Shown in pieces: positions 37,161 through 46,935 of a stretch of 64,000 nt of DNA. The notes below the pieces were generated by a model. It ran no database searches and was not told the DNA's origin. It saw only the letters and a program-made list of their open reading frames with translations. Each line of letters starts with the position of its first letter. Within the stretch, counting starts at the first letter, position 1. The DNA is from a virus. The stretch lies in the IMG/VR virus record IMGVR_UViG_3300031578_009495, positions 3,128 to 67,127 of that record. One strand, given 5' to 3'. A program made the position numbers and the translations under genes.

Positions 37161-38980
37161 TGGGATACACAAGCATAAACATAAGCTACAATGAAGGTTC
37201 TCTGTGTGAGCAGATAAGCTTCAGTGAACCAGGCGAACAAGGCTATGCTCTTGGTTCTACCATAACCCTATCTGATGAAAGATTGTCAAGGGACCGTGAA
37301 ATGATAGTAATGGCCGTCAATTACAGCGAAGACCAGGATATCGGCACGCTTACAACTGTTTCAGGCTTTTCCCTTGAATATTTATATGCCAGAAAAGCTC
37401 CTGCTTTTGATATTTCATTTCTTACTATGACTCAAGATGATCATGAAAATTATTTAAAACGTTCTCCAAAGCCTGATTCTATATTAAAAATTAGATATGG
37501 AGATGAGTATGGGTCTAACGGATGGACGATGCACTCTATCATAAACGAAATTTGTAGGCTTATGGGCATTTCAGCGGAAAATACTCTTCCAAATTATTAT
37601 ATAAGCGATTTTACAGTAAGCTTAGGCTCTACTTATTTTGAAGCTATCACCAGTCTTGTTTCTATTTTTTCACCCATTATAACTTTGAGTAGAAAAGTAT
37701 TATATATAGTAGATAGAGGAAGCGTTGGTATCCTTCCCTGGGGAAATTGTAGACTTACAAATGTTACTTTAAAAGAAAAAGAACACATAGAAGATGAGGA
37801 TGAACAGCTTCCTTCATCCGGTATTATCTCTAGTATAATATTAAATAGAGAATATGCTCCAATCCCTGGATGTGTTAAAGTCGAAGGACAGGAAGGAAAA
37901 TATATTGGGAGTAAAGACATATCGGCTGTTAATTTTACCCCCACCAAAGGCAGTATAAGCACTTCCGAAGGCGTATCCAATGATGATGGGACTATAGCTT
38001 ATTATAAAAATGCGCTTGATTTTTATAAAGACCCTTATAATAACCAATGGGCAACTTTTTTAAGAGAAGAAGAATGCAGGATATATGATAGATACGGATG
38101 GTTTTTAAGTGCAACAAAAAATACAACTGAGATGGAATACAATCCGGAAACTCTCCAATTTAAGTATGCAAATCCTGTGCTTGATAAAGAAAGCAAAACA
38201 TGTGAAGCTTGGGTGGGTAATCGCTATACTGGAGGCTTAAGAGTATATAATAAAATAGAAAATTCATATACTTATGATGAAGAAGATTGGTCTTTGAAAT
38301 CGCAATTATCAACGAAACAAGAATTGTTTATATATGATGGAGATACTTATACAAAATACGATCCCAGAGATTATGACCCAGAGGAAGATGGTACAACATT
38401 AGAATTAGTACAAACAGAACAAAGAAGTACAATATATACCTATTTAACTGAAGAATCATATTCTGTCGATACCCAAATATCAAGCCAGGTATATAATGAA
38501 GAGGACGAAGAATGGCAGACTATTTATACTTTTGAACACGATGTAGTGCTTGCAGGTGGGCAACAACATGTTGGAGGTTCGAGTGGAATATCTTCTCTTA
38601 GAACATTACAAGTATATGATGGAGATTGCCCAATCTTTCCAACCTATAGTTCATTCAATGAACCTGCTCAAGTTTTTAATATATCTACGCCAGATTGGAA
38701 TTCTATATATTCTTGCTATATTGCTATAAAGACTATGCTTGGTTATGAATATCAAACTGCAACAGTTGAAACTTTAGCAACTAATTGGTATTGGAATGAA
38801 AATAAGGAGGAATATGATAAAACAAAATTTGACCCACTTCCTTTTATGAGCATGACAGGCTTTGAACCTATAATGACAGAAGGGATAAAAGGCAGTTATT
38901 TCATAACAGGATATAATACAAATATTGACCCAACTAAAGGATATACTGTAAGTTTAAATTTGGAGGTAAGACTTGAATAA
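37160..38980 (+). CDS. tail tip/hub protein candidate
   Basis: 606 aa directly after tape measure; beta-rich, Tyr/Glu-rich. Confidence 0.55.
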   Translation: MGYTSINISYNEGSLCEQISFSEPGEQGYALGSTITLSDERLSRDREMIVMAVNYSEDQDIGTLTTVSGFSLEYLYARKAPAFDISFLTMTQDDHENYLKRSPKPDSILKIRYGDEYGSNGWTMHSIINEICRLMGISAENTLPNYYISDFTVSLGSTYFEAITSLVSIFSPIITLSRKVLYIVDRGSVGILPWGNCRLTNVTLKEKEHIEDEDEQLPSSGIISSIILNREYAPIPGCVKVEGQEGKYIGSKDISAVNFTPTKGSISTSEGVSNDDGTIAYYKNALDFYKDPYNNQWATFLREEECRIYDRYGWFLSATKNTTEMEYNPETLQFKYANPVLDKESKTCEAWVGNRYTGGLRVYNKIENSYTYDEEDWSLKSQLSTKQELFIYDGDTYTKYDPRDYDPEEDGTTLELVQTEQRSTIYTYLTEESYSVDTQISSQVYNEEDEEWQTIYTFEHDVVLAGGQQHVGGSSGISSLRTLQVYDGDCPIFPTYSSFNEPAQVFNISTPDWNSIYSCYIAIKTMLGYEYQTATVETLATNWYWNENKEEYDKTKFDPLPFMSMTGFEPIMTEGIKGSYFITGYNTNIDPTKGYTVSLNLEVRLE

Positions 38981-39158
38981 GGATAAACTACGAAGATATA
39001 GGCAGGGATTGAAAAAAGTAATGCCCAAGAAAGTACGTGTATCAGCGAACTTTTGTAAATATGGTAGGGTTTACTCTGTACCAGGAACTACAAACTCATA
39101 CCCCTATGCGTTAATAATGCCAGTTAATGGCAATCCTAATTACAGCCAGCGGACATGA
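38973..39158 (+). CDS. hypothetical protein
   Basis: 61 aa, coupled. Confidence 0.4.
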   Translation: MNKDKLRRYRQGLKKVMPKKVRVSANFCKYGRVYSVPGTTNSYPYALIMPVNGNPNYSQRT

Positions 39159-40486
39159 CTATAAGCAGAAGACATATTTTAGCGTGGACAGGTAAACAAT
39201 ATATAAAACGTACACAGGTCCGTTCAAATGGAGAATGGGTTCCAAAGTATAATACAGAGCCTCCAGCCGTTTCCAGGAGAACAGCATACAGATATGTTCC
39301 GGTTCATCCAGGGATAGAGCGAGAAATATTTTTTAAAATCAAATTTGTAAGAGATGATGGAGTCATCATTGATGAAGATTTAATAGATAATATAGAAATC
39401 CATGATGATGACCCAGGGGTGGTAGAAGGGGGCTACATGACCCATAATCCCCCTATACTTTATATATATAATCTAAGAGAATATTATGAATACCTTACAG
39501 AAGCACAAATAGAAAAATACGAAGATCAGTTTTACAATTTGGATAGAAATGGTGTAAGAAAAGATAAGAGATATAATCCAGATACTGGATACTGGAGTTT
39601 TACTGGATATCAAAGACCAATATCTGAAATGTGGGGAGAGACTGAAACAGACGATTTAACTAAACCGACTTCCCCTCCTTCTTCAAAGAAATATGCCAAA
39701 AAATGGAATGGTACAGAATACATAAAACAAAAGACATCCGGATATTACATAAGAGTATTATACACAAGTGGCCTAAGATGTGTATTCCGAGTATTAAATG
39801 CAGAGGAAAAAGAAGCAAAGCAACTATCTAGAGGATATACTTATATAGATTCAGAAGGAGTAGTACATAATGAAGTAAGTACTTATATGGTTCCTAGAAA
39901 TTTAGTAAAAAAACCCAAAAGGCTTATATTCCGAGTACCGTACCGTACAGCAACCTTGGAATCTTTTTATCCTGATTATGTACACTATTCTTACGAAGAT
40001 AGAAATGATGCAGATTTTAGCAAGCCTTATGTATCTGTAGAACGACTTTTTGCTACGTATTTTTATTCTGTAGATACTCATTTTTGGAAGAAACATACAA
40101 TAAAGAGTTCTATACCTTATGTTTTAACGGAAAACATATTGAATTTTGACTGGGGATTGTACACAGGATTTGCTGCTCTTGGGCAAGCTCCGCCTTACGG
40201 CAACGATATAGAGAGTATTTCAACGAATATCATAGGAAGAAATCTAAATTTTCCTTATACTACTTTTGATGGATCAGATGGGGATAGTGCAGAGGAAGAA
40301 TTTCCAAGAACGTTTGATCCAGTAGATATATCTGTTCCTTTTTCACCTATTACCGAAGAAGAATATAATGAGCAGGAATATCAAATGGATATGACTATAG
40401 AGGGAGGCAGTCATAGAGTATCAGTAGGGCGTGAATTTACTTATTTCTTTAACCTTTCTACAGTATCGTTAGACGAAAATGCTTGA
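39155..40486 (+). CDS. tail-associated hypothetical protein
   Basis: 443 aa in the tail module. Confidence 0.55.
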   Translation: MTISRRHILAWTGKQYIKRTQVRSNGEWVPKYNTEPPAVSRRTAYRYVPVHPGIEREIFFKIKFVRDDGVIIDEDLIDNIEIHDDDPGVVEGGYMTHNPPILYIYNLREYYEYLTEAQIEKYEDQFYNLDRNGVRKDKRYNPDTGYWSFTGYQRPISEMWGETETDDLTKPTSPPSSKKYAKKWNGTEYIKQKTSGYYIRVLYTSGLRCVFRVLNAEEKEAKQLSRGYTYIDSEGVVHNEVSTYMVPRNLVKKPKRLIFRVPYRTATLESFYPDYVHYSYEDRNDADFSKPYVSVERLFATYFYSVDTHFWKKHTIKSSIPYVLTENILNFDWGLYTGFAALGQAPPYGNDIESISTNIIGRNLNFPYTTFDGSDGDSAEEEFPRTFDPVDISVPFSPITEEEYNEQEYQMDMTIEGGSHRVSVGREFTYFFNLSTVSLDENA

Positions 40487-40541
40487 TATTAAAAAATATA
40501 AATTTTAAACAAAAACAAAATAATAAAAGGAGAATAAAATT

Positions 40542-41198
40542 ATGGCAGCACCAAATATTTACTTTTTCGGAAACTCCGGCGTGGGAGACGCGACCCCACA
40601 CGGAGAAGGAAGCGCAGCAAACGATGATTGGTTTGCAATAACGTCTGGCCCTGCCGGGCATACTTTAGTTTTTACAGGCGATGCGGTTTTGGATGGGGCC
40701 GCGACCGGGGAACGGGACACAGTCATAATCCCAGCCGCCGGTTCTCTTGAAGTCGATAAGACTTTTATCGACAACGGGGCAACGATGGAACAGATTCCCC
40801 TCGCTGGTACAGACCAAGGCGGGCAAAGTGGAGGAGACAATCAGTATGTCTTCTGTATCTATTTTGATGGTGAAACTGCTTCGGCCCCCTACTTGGAAGC
40901 ATGGGATGACTCTGATCATGATTCTATCGCTCTTCAGGTTTTAGGTGCTGGAGTTCCGGCAAACTCTATGGTAAAAGGCATTGTAACTACGACAGGCGCT
41001 CCTGGAAGTGCAAACTGGGTAGGGCATCCAGACCAGGTCAACATGGCTGGAACTGGTAACAGGCTTGATCTTAATGCTGCGGCTGCTATTGGTAGCGCTG
41101 GTGGAAATGTCTATTTTAATTTATGCACGAGAATTTTATCGACCAGCACACCTTTCAGTTCGGCTCCGGTGTTTGCTTTGAGGTTCACTTATGTGTGA
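40542..41198 (+). CDS. Gly/Ala-rich virion structural protein
   Basis: SD AAGGAG; 218 aa. Confidence 0.6.
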   Translation: MAAPNIYFFGNSGVGDATPHGEGSAANDDWFAITSGPAGHTLVFTGDAVLDGAATGERDTVIIPAAGSLEVDKTFIDNGATMEQIPLAGTDQGGQSGGDNQYVFCIYFDGETASAPYLEAWDDSDHDSIALQVLGAGVPANSMVKGIVTTTGAPGSANWVGHPDQVNMAGTGNRLDLNAAAAIGSAGGNVYFNLCTRILSTSTPFSSAPVFALRFTYV

Positions 41199-41288
41199 AC
41201 AATATCAAGTACTTACAATCTATATCATGAACTAATACTTGAACAAATTAACCTCCTAAAAATCAAAAAAGATAACAAAGGAGCAAAA

Positions 41289-41681
41289 ATGCAAAAATTA
41301 AGATTCATAGCACACTTCGAAGATGAAACCATCAAAGGGAATCCGTTAGGCAGCAGAGATTCCCTTTGGACATCCTTGCCAAATAAACCTATTAAAGCGC
41401 TTGAATACACACTTCCACACGCGAAAGACTCAATAAAGCTATCAGGATATGAAGAATACCTGCACATGGTAGAGGTATGCCTGCCGATGGGTGGAAATGC
41501 AATGATTGAGCATGTATATTTGATGGGCAGGATAGGAACAAAAGTAACATCCTATAGAATAACCATCTTGCAAAGGAAGGCCAATGACCGGTTTAAAGTA
41601 GGCGATATAACGGTCAGGGTATTGGATAAGGGAAGAGAATATAACGGCGGGGCAACCTCTGGCTGGAGAGTGGGTGGCTAA
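41289..41681 (+). CDS. hypothetical protein
   Basis: SD AAGGAG; 130 aa. Confidence 0.55.
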   Translation: MQKLRFIAHFEDETIKGNPLGSRDSLWTSLPNKPIKALEYTLPHAKDSIKLSGYEEYLHMVEVCLPMGGNAMIEHVYLMGRIGTKVTSYRITILQRKANDRFKVGDITVRVLDKGREYNGGATSGWRVGG

Positions 41682-41683
41682 TT

Positions 41684-42961
41684 ATGGGAGAAGGTATATT
41701 CTATCCTTCAATTAGTAGTGACGATGGGTATTGGTCAGGAACTAATTTTTTTAATAGTCTTGAAGGTTTAACAATAGGAGATATATCTGGAAATCCTTAC
41801 AAAAGTTTTATTAGATTTAAGAATATAACAATACCCCAAGGTAGTAAAATACTTAGTGCATTTATTCGATATACTGCACGTTTTTCTAATTCTGGATTAC
41901 CAGTAAATGCAGGGATTTTTTTCAACAACACGGATAACGCTATTGCCCCTACGAATTATTTAGAGGCAGACAATCTTAACCTGACTATTCCGTCCATAGC
42001 ATGGAGTATAGGAGAATGGACAGAACAAGAGCAATACGATACGCCTAGTATAGTTTCGCATCTACAAACAGTTATAGACCGTCCAGGATGGTATAGTAAT
42101 GTCATGGCGGTTATATGGGATAAAACGTCAAGTAGTGATCGAAATTGCTATTCTTATGATTATAATTACGGTGAAAAATGCCCTGAATTACATGTTACAT
42201 GGTCTTTACCTGAAAACATTACGGATATTCGTACAGAAATAGCTGCCGATTTTTATACAGGTTGGTTGCACTTACCTTCTGAGGTTTCTGCTGGAGTAAA
42301 AGCTTTCCAGTATTTAAAAAGTAGGATCGAAGCTGGAAATATATCTTTATCTGATTTACTCTCCGAAATAAAAGCTGGAAATTTATCTTTTACAGACTTA
42401 CTTTCTGAGGTTTCTGCTGGAGTAAAAGCTTTCCAGTATTTAAAAAGTAGGATCGAAGCTGGAAATATATCTTTATCTGATTTACTCTCCGAAATAAAAG
42501 CTGGAAATTTATCTTTTACAGACTTACTTTCTGAAGTTATAGCAAATGCACAATCACTTACAGACTTACTTTCTGAAATAGATACCAGCGCACTTAGCAT
42601 TAAAGATATCAATAGCTTTATAGAAAGTGAATATCCGACTTGGAGCAAGTTTTTACTTCTAAGCCATGATCATGTTCCTGCGCGAAATGCTTTAAATGTT
42701 AAAATTGGTAAAGCAATGCAGTTTAGAGTCTATAACCCAGATCCTTTATTTGGAATAGACTTAACCACATTTAAAATAAGATTCAATGAAGGCACCTGGT
42801 ACAGATATGGAGATACGAGGCTTACATTTACCGAAGTAAGTTATAGAGAATATTTGGTTTACTTCAATCCGCCGGCCTTCGATTATAATAGTCAGATAGA
42901 TTTGGAACTGTACTGCGAAGACCATAGAAATAACCCTGGAATCAAATTGGAAATTTTATGA
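41684..42961 (+). CDS. tail/fibre protein with 14-aa DLxxEIxA repeats
   Basis: N-terminal beta-sandwich (FIRFKNITIPQGSKILSA..PELHVTW), repeat shaft, C-terminal Ig-like GIDLTT domain. Confidence 0.65.
   Translation: MGEGIFYPSISSDDGYWSGTNFFNSLEGLTIGDISGNPYKSFIRFKNITIPQGSKILSAFIRYTARFSNSGLPVNAGIFFNNTDNAIAPTNYLEADNLNLTIPSIAWSIGEWTEQEQYDTPSIVSHLQTVIDRPGWYSNVMAVIWDKTSSSDRNCYSYDYNYGEKCPELHVTWSLPENITDIRTEIAADFYTGWLHLPSEVSAGVKAFQYLKSRIEAGNISLSDLLSEIKAGNLSFTDLLSEVSAGVKAFQYLKSRIEAGNISLSDLLSEIKAGNLSFTDLLSEVIANAQSLTDLLSEIDTSALSIKDINSFIESEYPTWSKFLLLSHDHVPARNALNVKIGKAMQFRVYNPDPLFGIDLTTFKIRFNEGTWYRYGDTRLTFTEVSYREYLVYFNPPAFDYNSQIDLELYCEDHRNNPGIKLEIL
42277..42534 (+). repeat. exact 126-bp tandem duplication (42 aa) within the CDS
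   Basis: units start at 42277 and 42403; identity continues to 42534. Confidence 0.9.
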
Positions 42962-43206
42962 AAACAGTGTCAAATATTGTAAGCAGTCTCAAAAAAGATT
43001 TATACAATTACACCTGTAATGCTGACGTTCAGGCATCCAGGAACATCGCTGAAGTTGGGCTAAATGCCTCTCTTCAAGAGCGGCCTGACACCGCTCCAGA
43101 TAATGCTGGGACTGAGTTAGAAAGCTCGGTCTGATGTGGTTTAAAAACCACAAACTTTGGTTCTATGTTAGAACCCCACGTGTTTCAACCGTGGGAGTAT
43201 GTCAGA
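42958..43206 (+). mobile_element. TnpB element remnant: 3' tnpB fragment plus omegaRNA/right end
   Basis: YTCNADVQASRNIAEVGLNA matches the tnpB C-terminus FQCNSDYGASRNIAEVGLNA; 43109-43206 matches the reverse complement of 54538-54635 at 95/98 nt. Confidence 0.88.
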
Positions 43207-43373
43207 ATGCTTTTGTTGTAGAGCTTAGAGATGCAGCTTTACTGGTATTGCAAAGCGACCGAAAAGATGAAAAAGAAAAGAGACTTTTGAACAAAAGATT
43301 AGAAAAAGCTGTGAAAAACATTGGCGCAATTAATGGTGATCATGGAGCGATCTCCACTGGATAGGATTTATCT

Positions 43374-43889
43374 ATGCCGACATGCATTCTCATTACAGAC
43401 CTAAAATCTGAGATTTCAGTTGAACAAAGGATCCCTTCCCTTACTGATCTTCTGTCTGAAATATCTGCCTATAACTATCATACCAGCTTTAAAGATTTAA
43501 GCGCTTCAATAGCGGCCAGAGTCCCTTATATTGATTTAAAAACTGAAATCTCTGCCGGCTTTCCTGTAGATACTTCCGGCCCGTATATCCTACCAGAAAC
43601 TTACCCAAGAGACGGGGAGGGCGGTATTGGTATATACGGGCCTATTTTTATAGTAGTTGAAGATTTGATTTCCGGAATTGATTTAAGTTCGCTTGAACTA
43701 ACTGTAAATTCTGTAGTTTATACTCAAGAGGATTCCGAGGTGACGTGTTTGCCTATAACTATTCCATACAGGTATGTGATAAGATATGTCCCTATTATAC
43801 CTTGGAGTTTAGATAGTGAAGTTATTATATCTATTTTTATTAAAGATAGGGCAGGTAATCCAGGAATGGTTGATTTGATATTACACTAA
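43374..43889 (+). CDS. tail protein with DLxxEIxA repeats and Ig-like domain
   Basis: TDLKSEISV, TDLLSEISA, IDLKTEISA; SGIDLSSLELTVN. Confidence 0.6.
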   Translation: MPTCILITDLKSEISVEQRIPSLTDLLSEISAYNYHTSFKDLSASIAARVPYIDLKTEISAGFPVDTSGPYILPETYPRDGEGGIGIYGPIFIVVEDLISGIDLSSLELTVNSVVYTQEDSEVTCLPITIPYRYVIRYVPIIPWSLDSEVIISIFIKDRAGNPGMVDLILH

Positions 43890-43908
43890 ATAATTAAACT
43901 TAAAGACA

Positions 43909-45453
43909 ATGACAACATATTCTCACGATACTGATGATTTAACTGTAGCAATGACGGCTGATAATGCTCCGTCGCCTAATGTAACTAGCGCTAGTTCTAA
44001 GTTAGGTGCTGCTTATGCTGCGTGGAAAGCTTTTATTCACGATATTACAAGTGAATGGATTGCAAATGGTTCGCCTACTGGATGGTTAAAATTTGACTTC
44101 GGGGCAGGCAACACCAAGACTGTAGGTAAATATACCTTATCTGCAATATCGCCTATGGGCGGAAACGCTCCAAATTGTCCTAAAACTTGGACATTTGAGG
44201 GCTCAAATAACGACGTAGATTGGGATATTTTAGATACACAAACTGATGTTCCTGTTTGGGCCGAGCAGGAAATGCGGACATATTTCTTTAGCAATGCAAC
44301 AGCATATCGTTATTATAGGATTAATGTTTCAGCGAGCCAAGGAGGAAATTATCTTACTATAGCCGAACTTGAATTAATGGAATGGGCTGCTGCCGAAACA
44401 ACAACTTTTATAGATTTACTTACCGAAATTAAAGCCTCGGAAACCGTTCTTTATGATCTGTTTTCTTCTATTAAGGCAGGATCGCTAACCATACAAGATT
44501 TAAACTGCTTTATAGATGCTCTTGGCCAATCTCTTACTGATCTAAAATCAGATATAGCAGCAGACTATCTAACAGACTTTAAAAACTTATCAACAGAAAT
44601 ATCTGCAAATGCACAAGAAGTACTTGATCTACTTACTGAGATAAAGGCCAGTAACCAAACTTTAATTGATTTAGATGTTGAGGTTGTAGCAAAAGCCCAG
44701 CAGACAGTAAATCTACTTTCCGAAATAAAAGCAAGTAGTTACTTTTTTTACAATTTAAACACAAATATTGCGGCTGATACTGGTTATACCTATAGAAATT
44801 TATTAACAGAAATAAAAGCAGGGTGTTCTGCAAAATATAGTTTTACAACTGAATGGAATCCAAATAGATTTTTAAGTACCGAAATTGAAGCGAAAAAGCT
44901 ACATGAGTTTAGCTTTAAGACTATGACAGGTGCTTCATATTCTGCAACCTCTCCGAAAATAGAACTACTTCCAAGTGCAGGGACTTACCCCCTCCGAACT
45001 CTCTTTCTCGATTATACTGTTCTGGGAACCGAAAACATATATCCGATGGAGCTACACTGGGCAAGAGGGTTGTACGGTAAAGATGGGTTGAAGAATGCCA
45101 AAGTAAGAGCAGAGTATATAGATACTTCCTATCCAGGGGGTTGGGAAATTGTAACCGGAGACTGGCTATCTTGTTCCATAAACGGCGGTGATTATCAAAC
45201 TGTGAATGCAACGCCATTAAACTTAGGAGAGATACTTTGTGATTCTCATTTAGATTTTGATTTAAAAGTGGTATGTAGGGATTGTGTTTTATCTCGGGGA
45301 CTTGTGTTTTTTAAGCTTATATTCACTGGGGATTTTCAAGAATCTATATATGGAGATTCGATTGTCTATGGGGATGGGAGTAAATACCATGTTGGCATTT
45401 ACGATGATTATGAGTCTAATCCATTTGTATGCAGAATTTACATTGTCGAATAA
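43909..45453 (+). CDS. tail fibre/spike with F5/8 type C (discoidin) carbohydrate-binding domain and 14-aa repeats
   Basis: WLKFDFG, PKTWTFEGSNN..W, YRYYRINV, IAELELM; about ten DL/NLxxEIxA repeats. Confidence 0.78.
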   Translation: MTTYSHDTDDLTVAMTADNAPSPNVTSASSKLGAAYAAWKAFIHDITSEWIANGSPTGWLKFDFGAGNTKTVGKYTLSAISPMGGNAPNCPKTWTFEGSNNDVDWDILDTQTDVPVWAEQEMRTYFFSNATAYRYYRINVSASQGGNYLTIAELELMEWAAAETTTFIDLLTEIKASETVLYDLFSSIKAGSLTIQDLNCFIDALGQSLTDLKSDIAADYLTDFKNLSTEISANAQEVLDLLTEIKASNQTLIDLDVEVVAKAQQTVNLLSEIKASSYFFYNLNTNIAADTGYTYRNLLTEIKAGCSAKYSFTTEWNPNRFLSTEIEAKKLHEFSFKTMTGASYSATSPKIELLPSAGTYPLRTLFLDYTVLGTENIYPMELHWARGLYGKDGLKNAKVRAEYIDTSYPGGWEIVTGDWLSCSINGGDYQTVNATPLNLGEILCDSHLDFDLKVVCRDCVLSRGLVFFKLIFTGDFQESIYGDSIVYGDGSKYHVGIYDDYESNPFVCRIYIVE

Positions 45454-45468
45454 GCGAAAGGTTTAATT

Positions 45469-46227
45469 ATGCCGATTTATGATTTAACATCTGACATATC
45501 CGCAATTTCCTGGAACATAGGTAACCTTAAGGTAGATAAAAGAACCACCTACAGTTTTATAAACCCGGAGAATAAGAAAGTACCGGAGACTTACCCTTTC
45601 AGTATTCTGCTTGAGGAGAAGCCCTATTCGGTAGCTGGGGTTTCTATAGCTGGCTTTACTGAAATATTAGTTCAGCCGACTGCTGGCCTTACCTTTTATG
45701 TGGATTATGAGGATTCAACAATCTACTTTGACTCTAGCGATGCTAGTAAATTAATTGAAATTTACTATATGGGCATGGGATCAGTGGTAAGTGCCAGCAA
45801 TATAAACAAATTCTCTACTTTCCTGACTTCCGTGCGAGACTTCCTCTTATCCTTCAGTATAGAAGAAACCGACCCGGTAAGTACCAATGTTGGTATGACC
45901 GGAGGCTATTTAAACAAAAGCACGTCTTTAGCATTAATTTCCGATAAAATCCTAAAATTTGGCCCAGCTCAGGAATACGTAACTATAGCGATGACTGCGT
46001 TCTACTGGAAGAAGTTATTAATCTCTGTAAATACTGTGACCGAAGCAATTATAGTAACCGAAGGAACACAAGCAGCGACCCAAGCATTAGCAGCTATCCC
46101 TGCGGTGCCAGCCTCCTGCAATCCGATTGCAATTCTATCAGTTCAAGATGACGGATCCGCGGGCGCAGGTACAATAAAAACAATCGCTTCTGCATATATT
46201 CAGGACGTAAGGATTTTAATCAAATGA
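45469..46227 (+). CDS. tail-associated protein (paralog of the next gene)
   Basis: LEEKP..FYVDY..IYFDSS..YMGMGS shared with 46224 ORF. Confidence 0.6.
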   Translation: MPIYDLTSDISAISWNIGNLKVDKRTTYSFINPENKKVPETYPFSILLEEKPYSVAGVSIAGFTEILVQPTAGLTFYVDYEDSTIYFDSSDASKLIEIYYMGMGSVVSASNINKFSTFLTSVRDFLLSFSIEETDPVSTNVGMTGGYLNKSTSLALISDKILKFGPAQEYVTIAMTAFYWKKLLISVNTVTEAIIVTEGTQAATQALAAIPAVPASCNPIAILSVQDDGSAGAGTIKTIASAYIQDVRILIK

Positions 46228-46925
46228 CAACCTTATCAGATACTAAATATCCTGCGCGCATTACGCCGGTTCTGATAACCGACGAAGACCACACCATTTC
46301 GACAGGAGTCCCATATGCCATTACATTAAAGGAAAAGCCAAGCGAAGACCATGCAATCACCATATCAGGGTATACCGAAGTCACGTCTATCCCTACCTCG
46401 GCAACAAACTTTTACGTTGATTTTGCCCGGTCAATTATTTATTTCCATTCAAGCAAAGCGGGGACTCAGGTGCTTGTAAGCTATTGGGGAACAGGCTCGC
46501 CCATAATAGCAGACGATGTAAACAGATTTGCTTCATTGCTTGATAATTTAAAATCAGCCCTATTTGCTTTCAGAGTAGAAGCACTATCCGGATGCAGGGT
46601 TAGAATATATGGCGGAAGGTTTATTTCCGGTACCACGGTATATGAAAAAAAAGAACTGTTTATGAACTTTGGCGTGAATGGTAATTTCCAGATAAATTTT
46701 AATTTTACTGGATTTTTTAAAAAATTGTTGATAGGGATAAATTTAGATACTAACCTCGTAGATATTGTTGAAGGAGATGAGGCACCTAAGTACGATGCAA
46801 CCGTGATACCGTCTTTTACATCCATATTTAAGCCGGTTGCGATAGTGACGGTAGAGGAAAGTGGTGGGTCTGTGGCGGATATAACTCAATCTGATATAAT
46901 TGTGATTAGGAATTCTTTTATTTAA
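46224..46925 (+). CDS. tail-associated protein (paralog of the previous gene)
   Basis: LKEKP..FYVDF..IYFHSS..YWGTGS. Confidence 0.6.
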   Translation: MTTLSDTKYPARITPVLITDEDHTISTGVPYAITLKEKPSEDHAITISGYTEVTSIPTSATNFYVDFARSIIYFHSSKAGTQVLVSYWGTGSPIIADDVNRFASLLDNLKSALFAFRVEALSGCRVRIYGGRFISGTTVYEKKELFMNFGVNGNFQINFNFTGFFKKLLIGINLDTNLVDIVEGDEAPKYDATVIPSFTSIFKPVAIVTVEESGGSVADITQSDIIVIRNSFI

Positions 46926-46935
46926 TGGAGAAATT

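Noticed and set aside
42277-43206. Diversity-generating retroelement (TR/VR)
   Set aside because: The 126-bp repeat is exact, the 98-bp repeat mismatches are not adenine-specific, and no reverse transcriptase is in the window
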